Source: Takakia lepidozioides
Lineage: Eukaryota; Plantae; Bryophyta
NCBI GenBank assembly: GCA_030704615.1
Contig: CM060731.1
Location: 72,354,001 to 72,418,000, forward strand
Length of the DNA stretch: 64,000 nucleotides
Direction: 5' to 3'
Made by a program: the position numbers and the translations under genes. Below, piece by piece: positions 34,301-47,221 of this stretch. Numbering within the stretch: the stretch's first letter is position 1; every line of letters begins with the position of its first letter. The notes under the pieces are model-generated. The model saw only the letters and a program-made list of their open reading frames with translations. It had not been told where the DNA came from and ran no database searches.

Positions 34301-37300
34301 AGGAGGTAATCTACTTAGAAGCTGTGCCATACTACAAGATCCTTATCCTCTATCTCGGAGTTTAATAAATGAATGGTGCGTGTTGAGGGATGTGGCAGAC
34401 AGGCAGTGGCAAAACACACACCATGCTTGGAGACATTGATGATCTTGCTCATCGACCAAGTGATAGGCGTGGCATGACTCCCCGTATTTTTGAGTACTTG
34501 TTTGCAAGAATTCTGGAGGTAAGCAATCAAGTTTTCTTGTGATGAATTACTGTTTTGTGCATCCAAAACATAACCGATTGACTGACTGAGGGTACTAATG
34601 CTGTCTGAAGCTCAAATAAATGTACTATGTGGGGTAAGACATGGACAGGGCTGAATTGTTCAAGTTGTTGTAGTAGAGAAATACCAAATGATCAAAAATT
34701 AACTCCAGTTACGTTAGATTGGAAAGAAATGTGTGAGCGGCTGAATGAAAGGGTATTCATGATAAATGGCAGGAAGAGCAAGACCGGAAGTCAGATCACT
34801 TGCGATACGTGTGCAAGTGTTCCTTCTTAGAGATCTATAATGAGCAGATCACTGACCTGTTGGAGCCCTCCTCCATGAATTTGCAGGTACGCTAGAACCA
34901 TATCCTCTTGTCAGAATGCTAGTTGATAGCTAACCTCTTTGTGGATATCCCAGTTTTGTAAGCTGAATGGTTTAAACTACCTATGTCCTATATGCATTTC
35001 TATCATGTTGTAATGGATACCACCCTCCCTTTCGTTTTTGAAGAGCTGAGGTTCTGATCCCATCTCTTGTCCGACAGATTCGTGAAGATACCAAAAAGGG
35101 AGTGTATGTGGAGAACCTGACAGAAGTTGGAGTCAAAAGCGTTCAGGATGTTGTGCATATTCTGCTACAGGTTCCTTTCCTTTCCATTGGTGGTTCAAAG
35201 TCGAGTTGATGTTTGGTAACCTGAAAGTGGGTGGGGTGGATGGGGAGATGGGCAGAGTTTGATTTAACTGTTGAAGTCTGTGTGGACATCAGGGGGCTTC
35301 CAACAGAAAGGTTGCTGCTACCAACATGAACAGAGAGAGTAGTCGATCACACAGTGTGTTCACCTGCAGTATTGAAAGCAAGGTATGCGGTAGAGGCTTT
35401 TGTTGAAGAGCTTGTGGCTGTATTGCGACCATTTGCTGTTCACTTTCCTTCTGTTGAGCATGTGCTTGTGTCAATAAACTGCTGTCTAGAGCAAGGAGAC
35501 AGTGGAGCCAAGCAGTGTGTGTAAGAAGAATGGTGCTCTCAGCAGAATGTGGTTGGGTTGTCAATGCGTTTTGAAAGCACTAACCTTGTTATGTCAAATG
35601 CTCATTCCATGCAGTGGGAAAGCAGTTCTGTGATGAATATCCGATTTGGACGATTGAATCTGGTTGATCTTGCAGGTTCAGAAAGGTAGAAACTTGTGTG
35701 CTTCTGATTGTCGTGGTCTGAATTATAGTGCTAGTGGACAAAGGGACAAGCTGATTGGCAGAGACTTGTCTTTGCTGTTGTTGTCTTTGTATGCAGTAGA
35801 ACATAGCTCACTGGGGTGAATGGCTTGGTTGCAACTGAGCCGGGTATGTCTGGAATTTGTTTCTATGAGCAGGCAAAAGAGCTCGGGTGCAGAGGGGGAG
35901 CGGCTGAAGGAAGCTGCCAACATTAACAAATCTCTTTCAACCCTTGGGTATACATCACAGGATACTCACGTCTTGATTCGATGTAATGCATGTTTGGATT
36001 GATGCAAGGGTAAGCTTGTAGCTCAGTCAGCAAATCATAATCCTTGATGTCCAACGATGCCAATGGTTTGCAACATGACAGCAGGAGACAGTATAGCACC
36101 ATGCTAAGAGAGAAGATACTAAAGTTTGGTGTGGATGATTTGCAGATTAGTCATAATGATTTTGGTTGATGTGGCAAATGGAAAGCAACGTCATGTGCCT
36201 TACCGTGACTCGAAGCTCACTTTTCTTCTGCAGGTCTTCATCTTTAGAAACACAGTGATGATTGTCTTTAGTAGGGGAAAAATGAGGGAGATTCCACATA
36301 CAATCATCCTTGGGTCTTGTTGCGAGTAATGTCCCGAGTCCTGCTGCATTTTTATCTGACTCAGTGTCCCATCTGACTTTCTCCATTAAAGTTTCATTGC
36401 ACCATATTGAGATGGAATGGAAGGTTTGTTGGAGTGCAGGATTCCCTTGGAGGAAATTCAAAGACAACCATTATTGCAACTGTTAGCCCTTCCAGCTGGT
36501 ACATTTGGCTCCTCCTCTGTTGTGTTTTCCATTTAGCAACCATAGGCATTACAATACGCATGCAACACATCCACAAACTCCGGTGGGTTAGGTTCACATA
36601 CCATTTTCTCTGACTGAGTAACATCCTTCTTTGCTTCACCAATGGCACCAATCTAGACATTACGTTCTAACAGTTGGGCTTGCCAACTCCACTCTACAAT
36701 CATGCTGACCATGCCAAGGATATTTCTATGGTCAGTTGCATGGTTGCGCTGTGTCAACTGCCTTATTCTCTGAAATTGTGGAGTTGAACCATGTAACTGC
36801 AAGACCAACAGCAATCAAGATTTTTTTGCAGAGATTTACAGTGGTCTTTGAATTGCAGCTGTGCACTGGAGACATTGAGCACACTCAAGTTTGCTCAACG
36901 TGCCAAATTCATCCGCAACAATGTACGATTTTTTTCCCCTCTCCATTGGGTTGGCACACAACCTATTTTGACTATATCTCTACACTTGCAAGCTTAGGTG
37001 ACTTACATCGGGAGGAAGGAGGTTCTTCTTTGAGTGATTGACAGTGCTGCAATTCGGCAGGCCATTATCAATGAAGATGCTTCAGGAGATGTGATTGCAT
37101 TACGCCGTCAAATTCAACAATTGAAGGTATACAGTGCGTGATCCGTCTCGCCTCCTCTGTCTCGCCTCGCTCTTAGGCCTGTTTCCTCCTCTTCTGTTAT
37201 CCCACTTGAGGAACCCCATTCTTTGGTGTCTTGATGTATCTGAAGATCAGATCCTCCAAAATAGTTCTCATCCCATCAAATGTCTCTGCAAGTGATGATA

Positions 37301-40300
37301 AATTTGAAGGAGTATGGTGGGGGTGGTGACAAATTAAAACAGGAGGAAATAAGTCGGTTGCAACGGCAGAGCATGCGGAGGGAAGGTAGATCTGCAACTG
37401 AGGACTCACATAGGATGCTGGCTGACAAGAATAGCTTTGAGCCTGCCCAGTGCTCTCTGAAACTCAGTTCAAACACTCTACTTGGGAAGGTATTGTGAAC
37501 TAGACTTGCTCTGCTGTTCTTGGTTGTGGTGATAAAGTTCATATTCCTGGATGTGGTGTGCTCTGTTATCAATTTTGTGGTTTTGATATGCTGTTTAACA
37601 AGATGTGGGTGGCATATGTGTGGTTAGATAAAGGGAATGGAGGCAGTGCTGGCAGGAGCTTTGAGACGTGAGCAGGCAGCTGATGCCAACATAAAGCATT
37701 TGACTGCAGAAATGGAGCAACTTAACTCCTTGGTACACACCTTGAACCGCCACTCCTAATCTGTTCCTCTCTTAGTCTCTCTCTCTTTATTCATGTATAT
37801 ATAGCTCGACAAGCAGACATCATATGGTCACAAATTGAAGGAAATTGGTTCTGCTGGGTCTTAATCCTTGAGAAGTCATTGCAGATTCAGGAGTGTGCAG
37901 AAGACTTGCAACGTTGTAAATCGATTTTGCAGTTGCGAGATGACAAAATTCAGCGACTAGAGGGTGTTGTAGAGGGAAGCCTTTCAGTCGAATCTCATCT
38001 TACAGAGGAGATCAAAGTGCTAGCAGTTCAGCTGCATCTTGTGCAGGGCCGGGTGGATGGTAATCCCGAGCTGATTCGGTTTTCAATTGATAACATGCAC
38101 ATAATGGAGCAACTACACCGGTACTTCCACAACTCTTGCAGGTTTCTTTGCGTGATAGACTGGAAGAACTGTTCTTGTTTGGTCTTACCCCTGAGACTCA
38201 AGGGCCTACCTCATGAACCTCTTCCCTCAAGGTGGAACTCAAAGATACAAGACCAGTAAATGGTCTCACTAGTCTTGGTAGTTCGAAGTGATTGTGTAGG
38301 AGTCACAGTCCATGTGTTGATATATAATTGCAAGTTGGTTTGCAGCTATCAAACGTTTTACGATTCTGGAGAGCGGGAGACTATGATGGAAGAGATTTTG
38401 CAGCTTCGAAATCAGGTACTGAAGAGATTTGTTGCTGGTGTGAGGACCAAGGAGAGAAATGAAGTGAAATGAAATGGTACTTTATAACGTCCGCGGAAAG
38501 CTCAAAGAGCTTATGGGACCAAAAACATGTAAGAAGAGACAAAACCAGAAGGTCATAGATTGTCCAGAATCCATAGGAAACTTCAGTGAATGCCATCCTT
38601 ATAAACTGCAAACATATTCTGAGTGGCTGTGATACTGTTTGGGATGATGACAGTTGCTGGAAATGCTGGACGCAAAGATTTCACCGAACCAAGGTGTTTC
38701 TGCTACACAGGTCTACTCCTGCCTCTCCTTGGCTTGGATGTCTTTATCTCCTTCTTTGCCCTCCTCTCCTCATCTAAACCTGGCGGCTGGGTCTTGGCCA
38801 CATTGCTTCAAATGATTATCTTTATCTTTATTGTATCATGTGATTGGATGCATGGTCTGTCGCGACAGGCATATAACCTCTCTTTTTCTCTGCCTTCATG
38901 GACATAATTGCGTGATAATTCAACAATGAGGATCATAAATGCTTGGCAGCTTACCTGAACGAGGCCTTCACCCTTAGACAATCCCTTGAGCAGTAGTTGC
39001 TTTTTCGGTTCTGGTTTTGTTTCCTCTCTCTTGTTTTTTCCATTTTGTCCCATAAGATCTTTGAGCTTTCCGTGGACGTTATAAAGTACCATTTCATTTC
39101 ATTTCATTTCATGATCTGTGCTGCTCTTCATCTGTGCAGACTGAGAGTTGTCAAAGAGACGCAGAGATATGCTGCAATGATCTCAGCACCTATCTAGAGG
39201 CCAATGCGAAGTTAACAAGGTAAGCTATGCCTATTGAGCTCCTGTTAAGACTTCTGACTCTGGAATCAGCCATTTTGCAGTATTCATTGATGTGAAGCTC
39301 CTCAAGACATCTCTCTTCTTTTTCTGCTACCTATCATATGTACTGGAACCTTTGTGGGTCTTGTGATATGTGGGTCCCAGTCTATTATTGATCCCAACTC
39401 AACTCCTGCAGACAATTCGATGAGCTGCAGTCACACGCTGAACAGCTGCAGCTGCAGTGTGCTCAGGAGGTGGGGCGAGTAAATGATCTGGAGGTAGAGC
39501 GGGCTGTTCACTTGCAACTGATCTCAGATCTTAAAACCGAGCTCCTGGAGGTCCGTTTCTTCTTTCTGTGACCAGTCATCTGGCTTCTGCTATATTTGTT
39601 CTACTGTCATAATCTCCTTACAGTTGAAGTCACTTGAGAATTCTCAGGCCTTAGCCCTCCTGTCATGATTCATCTGGACTGATCTGAAATCCCAATGGCC
39701 AGTAAATCGAACAACTTGATTCAAAAGTGTCTGAAGTGTCTTTGCACTACACTTGGTTGTTAGCAGAGGGAGGAGAGGGCAGAACTAGAAGTCAGCACTC
39801 GCAATCATTTGGACCTCCAGCTGAAGGAGGCACACATACTTCAGACCCAGCTTCAGGTGATCACCTCTTCCTGGCGCTTTCAATTCCATCAAAATTCTTG
39901 TCCCTCCTCTAGCCTCAAGTGTTAGCCTGTCCTAGTCGGAGGTGTGTAGCAAGAGATGAGAACTGTGACAGAGTCAGAGACGGTGGAGCTCAGTGAATTT
40001 CTCGGATGATTGTATACCTGTGGATACATAAATGGGAGAGGGAGAGATAGAGAGACCTATGGGGACATATAGAAGAAGCAGTAGTAGTGCCGACTTATAT
40101 TGTGATTGGAGAATATGCAGGAGGAAATCGAGAGGTGGTCTGTGAAGTATGAGAAAACTCTGAAGGAAAAGAATGCTGAAATTCGAGTCCTACAGTATGA
40201 ATGGGAGACGGCTGCAGCACAGCTGCTCAGTGAGCTAGCTGAAGGAGACAAAGTTCTTATTGAGGCGGAAAAAGAGATGGAGGAAATCATTGGGGAGGCA

Positions 40301-43300
40301 TCGTTATTCGGGAATCTTCATGAAGAAAATCCACGATGGTGTAATGAGTATGAGGAGTCAGCTGAGGAAGAAGAAGATGCCATTGTGAGAGTAGATCGTG
40401 AGCATGAATACTTCAAGAACCTTGATATATACCAGGAAGACATGTTTTGTGAGCGTGAGAGTGGCTGGAAAGCATGTGATGACACAGATGGAGCTCAACA
40501 ATCATCTCTCCTTGAAGGAAAGAACAAACTTGAGATCCAGATCCAACAGCTTGAATTTGAGCTAAAGGCATGCCAGCAGCGAGCACAAGCAGCTGAAGCA
40601 GAATTGGCTGAGCTGGAGGGAGAGAAGTTCAAACTGGGGGAGAAGACTGAGCAATTGACATCAGCTTTAGCAGGGAGGCGAGACCATAATCAGGAATGTG
40701 AGAGGACTATGGAGGAAGAAGCAAGTGTCTTCATGGTGAAAGCACTTGCAGAGAAAAAAGTCTCTCTGATGCTCGAAGAAACGAAGGGCAAGCTGAAGGT
40801 GATTGCTGAGTCCATTGAAAGGGATCTAAGCAACTGCCACTGGCAAGCTGGGACAACCCAACTGACAGTGGCCGAGAGGGAGCAATTGCTCATGACGGTA
40901 CGCAGGTTGCAGGGTGATCTTGAACAAAGAGATGATGTACTGAAAGGACTAGAGTTTGACGTCAGTATTCTACAGGAGATGGTTGCTGTTGAGCCAGACT
41001 CGAAGGAACGAGCAGTGCGTGCTGTTACCATGATACAATCACTGCATGAAAAGCTTAAGAAAAACAAGGCATACCTATGCCTTATGGAAGTTCAGAATAG
41101 GAAGCTTGAGACACATCTGGCAAAGAAGAACGAAACATTGAGCTTGATGGGTGAAGAACTGTTGGAAACAAAAGCTGTGGCCACAGTCGCCTGTAAAGAG
41201 AGGGATGACATGAGGGTACAGGTTGCAGACTTAGAGAGGGCAGGTGCCTTAGAGGAGGAATGTGTCCAAGATCTGGAGGAGGAATTAGACTGGAAGGCAA
41301 GTGAGTTTAGCATTGTAGTTGATAGGCTGCACACAGTAAGTGAGGAAATGAGAGCACAAATTGCACATTTCCGATCCAAGGTAGTTGCTTTGGAAACCGA
41401 ACTGGAGGAAAAGCAGGTCGCATTTGTCAGTCTGGAGTATGAATTCCACGAAGTCAGGGAGGAAATGGTGCTTTCACTTGGCAATAGCATCAAAGAGGTT
41501 CATGCAGCAAGAGAGAATGAACGGGGACTTCATGCTGAGTTGAGTCATGTTAGAGAGGAGTTAGTGACTGCTCGAAAAATTGCTCATGATCACGAGGAAA
41601 CTGTTGATATTACCAGTCAGGTATATGTTGGCATAACAAGCTTGCACGCGTGTCTGTTGCATTTTTTGGTCGGACTGTTTCTTTTCCTAATTTGACCCAT
41701 CCTTCTCAACTCAGGAGGATTTCTGTTGCTCTTGTCTGTATGGACTACAAGAAGGGGACATAGCTTCATACGTGAGAAAGGGAGGAAGTAAGGTAAAAAG
41801 ATACAAAACTAATCACAGTGGTATGTTCTGTAACAGCAAGTGGAAGCAGCAGTGGCAATGATGACAGTTGTTCAGTCCGACTTGGAGAGGCTCCAGACAG
41901 AGCTAGCTCGGAAAGATGAACTCGTGAAAGGGCTAGAGTTTGATATCAGCCTCCTCCAAGAGATGGCTGCTGAAGAGTCAGACTGCCGGCAAGAACTGCT
42001 TGAAGCAAATACACAGATACTCGAGCTCCAAGTAAGATGGATTAAAGACTTGACTGGAGGTCCCTTGTTCCCTTTTATTTAGTCTACTTAACTGGGTGCT
42101 TACCAAGCATACTGGCAGGCCAGTATCTTCTGTTTCGTCGCCTAAAGTGATTAGTGATTCTTGACTGCTATCCCTCTTCATGTGCTGTGATAGGGTGAGT
42201 TGGACAAAAGTCTGTACGAGATTAGTGCCAGAGCATCAGCAGTGAGCGACGTTGATGCTGAACTCGCACAGAAAAGACAAGCATTGAGCTTAATGGAGGA
42301 AGAAACAAAGGCTGCACGAGTCACTGCTACTTGTGCTAAGCAAGAATTCAGCGAATTGCAAGTCCAAATTGGAGAATGGCAATCAAAGGTGGAAAGATTG
42401 CAGGAAAAATTGGGGGAGAAGGAGCATGCTATTGAAGATCTGGAGAAAGCACTGTCAGTTGCAGCTTCCAGAGAGGAATGCTACCTTCAGACTACTCAAG
42501 AGTTGAATGGAGTGAATGCTGAACTTGCACATAAAAGGCAAGCATTGAGCTTAATGGAGGAAGAAACAATGGCTGCAAGAGTCACAGCTATTCGTGTGAC
42601 GCAAGAATGCAGCGAATTGCAGGGCCAAATTGTAGAATGGCAGTCAAAGTTGGAAATATTGCAGGAAAAATTGGGGGAGAAGGAGCATGCTATTGAAGAT
42701 CTGGAGAAAGCACTGTCAGTTGCAGCTTCCAGAGAGGAATGCTACCTTCAAAGTACTCATGAGTTGAATGGAATGAATGCCGAACTTGCACAGAAAATGG
42801 AGGAAGAAACAATGGCTGCAAGAGTCACCGCGATTTGTGTGACACAAGAATACAGCGAATTGCAGGCCCAAATTAGTGAATGGCAATCAAAGGTGGAAAG
42901 ATTGCAGGAGAAATTGGGGGAGAAGGAGCATGTTATTGAAGATCTGGAGAAAGCACTGTCACTTGCAGCTTCCAGGGAGGAATGCTACCTTCAGAGTACT
43001 CAAGAGTTGAATAGAGTGAACGCCGAACTTGCACAGAAAATACAAGCATTGAGCTTAATGGAGGAAGAAACAATGGCTGCAAGAGTCACTGCTATTCATG
43101 TGACGCAAGAATACAGCGAATTGCAGGTCCAATTTGTAGAATGGCAATCAAAGCTGGAAAGATTGCAGGGAAAATTGGGGGAGAAGGAGCATGCTATTGA
43201 AGATCTGGAGAAAGCACTGTCAGTTGCAGCTTCCAGAGAGGACTGCTACCTTCAGAGTACTCAAGAGTTGAATGGAGTGAATGCCGAACTTGCACAGAAA

Positions 43301-46300
43301 AGGCAAGCATTGAGCTTAATGGAGGAAGAAACAACGGCTGCAAGAGTCACTGCTATTCGTGTGACACAAGAATACAACGAATTGCAGGGTCAAATTGTAG
43401 AATGGCAATCAAAGCTGGAAAGATTGCAGGAAAAATTGGGGGAGAAGGAGCATGCTATTGAAGATCTGGAGAAAGCACTGTCAGTTGCAGCTTCCAGAGA
43501 GGATTGCTACCTTCAGAGGACTCAAGAGTTGAATGGAGTGAATGCCGAACTTGCACAGAAAAGGCAAGCATTGAGCTTAGTGGAGGTAGAAACAATGGCT
43601 GCAAGAGTCACCGCTATTCGTGTGACACAAGAATACAACGAATTGCAGGCCCAAATTGGAGATTGGCAATCAAGGGTGGAAGAATTGCAGGAAACATTGG
43701 GGGAGAAGGAGCATGTTATTGAAGATCTGGAAAAAGCTCTGTCACTTGCAGATTCCAGAGAGGAATGCTATCTTGAGAGTATGCAAGAGTTGAATGCAGT
43801 GAAGAGAGAGAAGGCCAATGTTTGCACAGAGTTGCAGTCCTTGCATGAGGAGCTGAAAAAGATCCAGGAACTCACAGAATATTATAAGACCGGTGAAATG
43901 GAAGCCCAAAAGGTGACTGTCTTTGATAAGCTTCCTGCTTCCTGTAGACCTCATAAACGTTCACATTTTCTTTCTTTGGTAATGCTTAGCAGCATATCTG
44001 CATGAGGCATTGCATCTTAGAGTATCCCTTGATCAATAGTTGTTTTTGGCTGCTTGTTGGGGACCCCACTCCTTCCTTTTTTCCTGCTTTTTCTTGTTCA
44101 TAAGCTCTAAACCCTTCTTTACTATGTCATTTCATTTCATTTCTCAATATCTTTGATACAAGGTTTGGGCGCGTTTTAGGGCCCCACATTTTAAATTGTT
44201 TCTTGGTTTCCAATATTCCTTGAGCTTTCCGTGGACATTCTTACATATCAGTCCATTTCTTCCTTTTCCTTCTGTTTCGTCTGGCTGCTGTCTATGGCTG
44301 TCAATTCTGCACCCTGAGGACCAGTTCTGGTGGGAGAAAAACCTTGTACCTCTAGAGTCATTTTTCAGGCAGTTCTTCGGCTAAGAGTACAATACCATCT
44401 CAGATTTCCTACGTTGTATTTGCTTCAAACTCAAAGCCATGTTTCAACCTCCTGCCTTAGTGGTCAAAAGTTGTGCCCTCTTCATTTCATTTCATTTCAT
44501 TTGAGTTTTCCGCGAACATTGTAAAGTACCATTTCGTTTCATTCAATTCATTTCATTTCTTCGTGCTAAGGACATTTAGTACTTTGTGGTCTTGTTATTT
44601 GACAGGTAATTAGAGTAGTACCATTTCACATAGATGCAGTTATTAATGGTTGCATGCACTGTCTGAAACAACCACACGATTCCTTGATGAATTGTGAGTT
44701 ACAGCTGAAATGTTCAAGCTCATGAATTGATTGATAGCTGAGATTGGCAGCTGAGTTGTTTGGTTGTTTTGTGTATGTGTGATGTAGGCTGCAGAGGCAG
44801 GCAAGAGACAAGCTGAAGAAAAGGAGGAGGAGGCAAAACTGCTTGAGAAATCAGTGGAGACGCTACAAAGTGCACTACGTGCATTGGAAGATCAAGTATG
44901 TTTACTTTGTCCACTCACTCTCCAAACCACACTCTACCTTTGCCTCTGAGAGCTGATATGTGGCTCAATTTTGGTCACATTTGGCAGCTGGACATTGTGA
45001 AAGAGGAAGCTGAACGAGAAAGACTGATGAGGGAGGATTTGGAAATGGACCTCGAGGGCATGAAGAATCACATGTCTATGTTGCATGCTGTACGCAGTGC
45101 CACTGGTGCCCGTACTGCTAAAGGCTTCCAAGCAGCACAAACCACAGAGCTTGAGTTACGAGGGTAGGCATTTTTACTCATTTATGAGAGAGGACTGATC
45201 ATTTAGATCTTGTTGTTTCCATGGTGCACATGTTGTATGTCGTGTCCTGCAATATCACAGACTAAATCTTCCCTGCTTGTACTAAGCACTTTTGTCTTTG
45301 TGGATGGTTACAATAGGCGGCTGGAGGCTAAGGAGATGGAACTTGCACAGGTCCGCCAGAAGCTCGACAAGTTCCACAGTGAAGTTGAACGCAAAGATGT
45401 CCAGGTCTGTTGCAGGATTGTTCACTGATCTAACTTAGTGAGTGGGCAAAGATGAATGCAAGTGCACTTTAGGAGTGAGGACCAGAAAGCTTTGTCATGG
45501 TAGAGGGATCGTTGGAGATAGCTGGGGTAGTGTATGCTAGCATGAGAAAGAAGATGGCACTTGAGAACTTTGGAATACTTGGCTGGATTATGGGTCCAAA
45601 TTATAGCAGGATGCATTGATGGCTATCTGTCCTGGCAATGAGTAAGATACTGGTTATCTGTGAGACCGGGAGACTCTCTCTGTTGTTCAACACTTCTTGG
45701 GAGATGCTCTCTCTGATTCCTGGCCAAGCTTTACCTTTCGCTCGGGTCTTTTTGGCCTCCTGCTGACATAATTTTGTTTCCTGTTCTTTCTTTTCTATGG
45801 AATCACCTGTTCTCCCTTTAGTGAGGTCACATGCTGAAGGTTATTTACATACCTGCCAGAGGAATTGATGTTAGAAGTGGGGTGTATCTACCAAAAGGCA
45901 TGACTGGATTTGGGGTACGAGTGCAGATTTCCATGCTGAAGACAAGACTAGTTGAGGCAGAGGGCATGACACAAGACGCAATGCAAGAACTGGAGAGTGT
46001 TAAACTGGATATCAGCAACTATGCTGTATGTGCCTCTATGTCATCACTACACTGTTTGGTTATTGTTTACTTTGTGTACTATATATCCTGCTTAACATCT
46101 TAGAGAATCCCTTGTTGGATAGTGCTTGTTGGGCACAGTTTCTTGTTTCCTTGGTTCTCGTCTCTCGCTTCCCTTCTTTTCTATATATGCGGTTTATGAA
46201 TTGCACTGGGAGACCATTTAGCCGGTCTGTTTGTTCCTTTAACATGTCTGTTGCAATCTTGTGATTTGTGGTGCAGTCACTGTTGAGTCAACAGCAAGTT

Positions 46301-47221
46301 CAGCAGATCTCTGAAAGAGCTCGTCAATTTGATGAGGTTCAAGAAAAGGTTGGTCTCTCAGTCTCCCTTTCAAAAACCATGTGTCCTACTTGCATAGTTT
46401 TTGACATGTTTACATGCCATATGCCTAACATAATTTGCCATATTCCAGGAAGAAGAGCTTTCGAACTTACGGACACAGCTCAACAAGGAACGTGAAAGGT
46501 GACTATCTCTGGACTCTCAGGACGTTTCAAATGCATAATTTCTCGCTATATTTTTCCCTATATTTTTCCCCTATTGAATAGGTGAGAGATGCTGGTGAAT
46601 TAACCAATGCTGGCTATATATGCAGCTGGCTGCAGGAAATGAACCATAAGCAGGCTGAGATGGTAGTGGCTCGTGTTTTGTCCGAAAAGTTGCGGCTGAA
46701 AAACAAAACCCTTGCTGCAGAATTCAAAAAACTTAAGGTCTGCCCTGTACACAATTATGTTTTCTGTTTCTCTTTGAGCTTTCGGCGGATGCTATAAAGA
46801 ACCATTTCATTTGAGTTCATGTTTCCAAACCCTTGCTGTCATTTAGTTTGGCTCCATTTTGGGGACTGGTGGCAGAGCACTTCTTGACTTACAGATTAGT
46901 TGTCTGCATTAAGGTTGATGTCGCAATGCTCTAGTGCTTGTCATTCTTACGCCAGTCCAAGTCCATCGGGTAAGAGTCACAAGACAGATCTTCTGTGCAC
47001 AATTGCAGAGTACTTGACTGACATGTGTCGTGTTTACACTGCAGGCTGACCATGTTGGAAAGAGAAAAAGGCTAAAACAACTGGAGGAGCAGCTCAAACA
47101 CCTGTCTGAGGACCAAAGGACTTCACTAGGAAGGGAGAGTGAAGATTTGGACAGTGAGATTCGACAAACACAGGTGCTCTTGGCACTCGTGAAAGATGAA
47201 CTTGCGGAATATCGAGCCTAA
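31331..47221 (+). CDS. KIN12: Kinesin-12, phragmoplast-orienting kinesin (POK/KIN12C-D)-like; multi-exon
   Basis: [17 protein letters not shown] pre-motor motif; P-loop AYGQ|TGSGKT; NRESSRSH; DLAGSER; [11 protein letters not shown]; [14 protein letters not shown]|[13 protein letters not shown] exons include 31331-31760, 32028-32422, 33404-33559, 33983-34066, 34399-34518, 34773-34886, 35078-35170, 35293-35382, 35615-35685, 35873-35947, 36146-36233. Long coiled-coil exons at ~40120-41620 and ~42194-43912; stop at 47219-47221. Start codon and some stalk exons are tentative. Confidence 0.9.
32470..33200 (+). mobile_element. Three tandem short LINE 3'-end copies in kinesin intron 2, two with (CATTT)n tails
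   Basis: Repeated ...KCLAAY(L/M)HEA.TLRQS-type ORF end, then CCATAAGCTCT.TGAGCTTTCCGCGGACGTTATAAAG.ACCATTTCATTT. Confidence 0.7.
42260..43800 (+). repeat. Coding tandem repeat, 6 x 261 bp (87 aa), in the kinesin stalk
   Basis: Units start at 42260, 42521, 42782 (18-bp in-frame deletion), 43025, 43286 and 43547. Confidence 0.96.
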
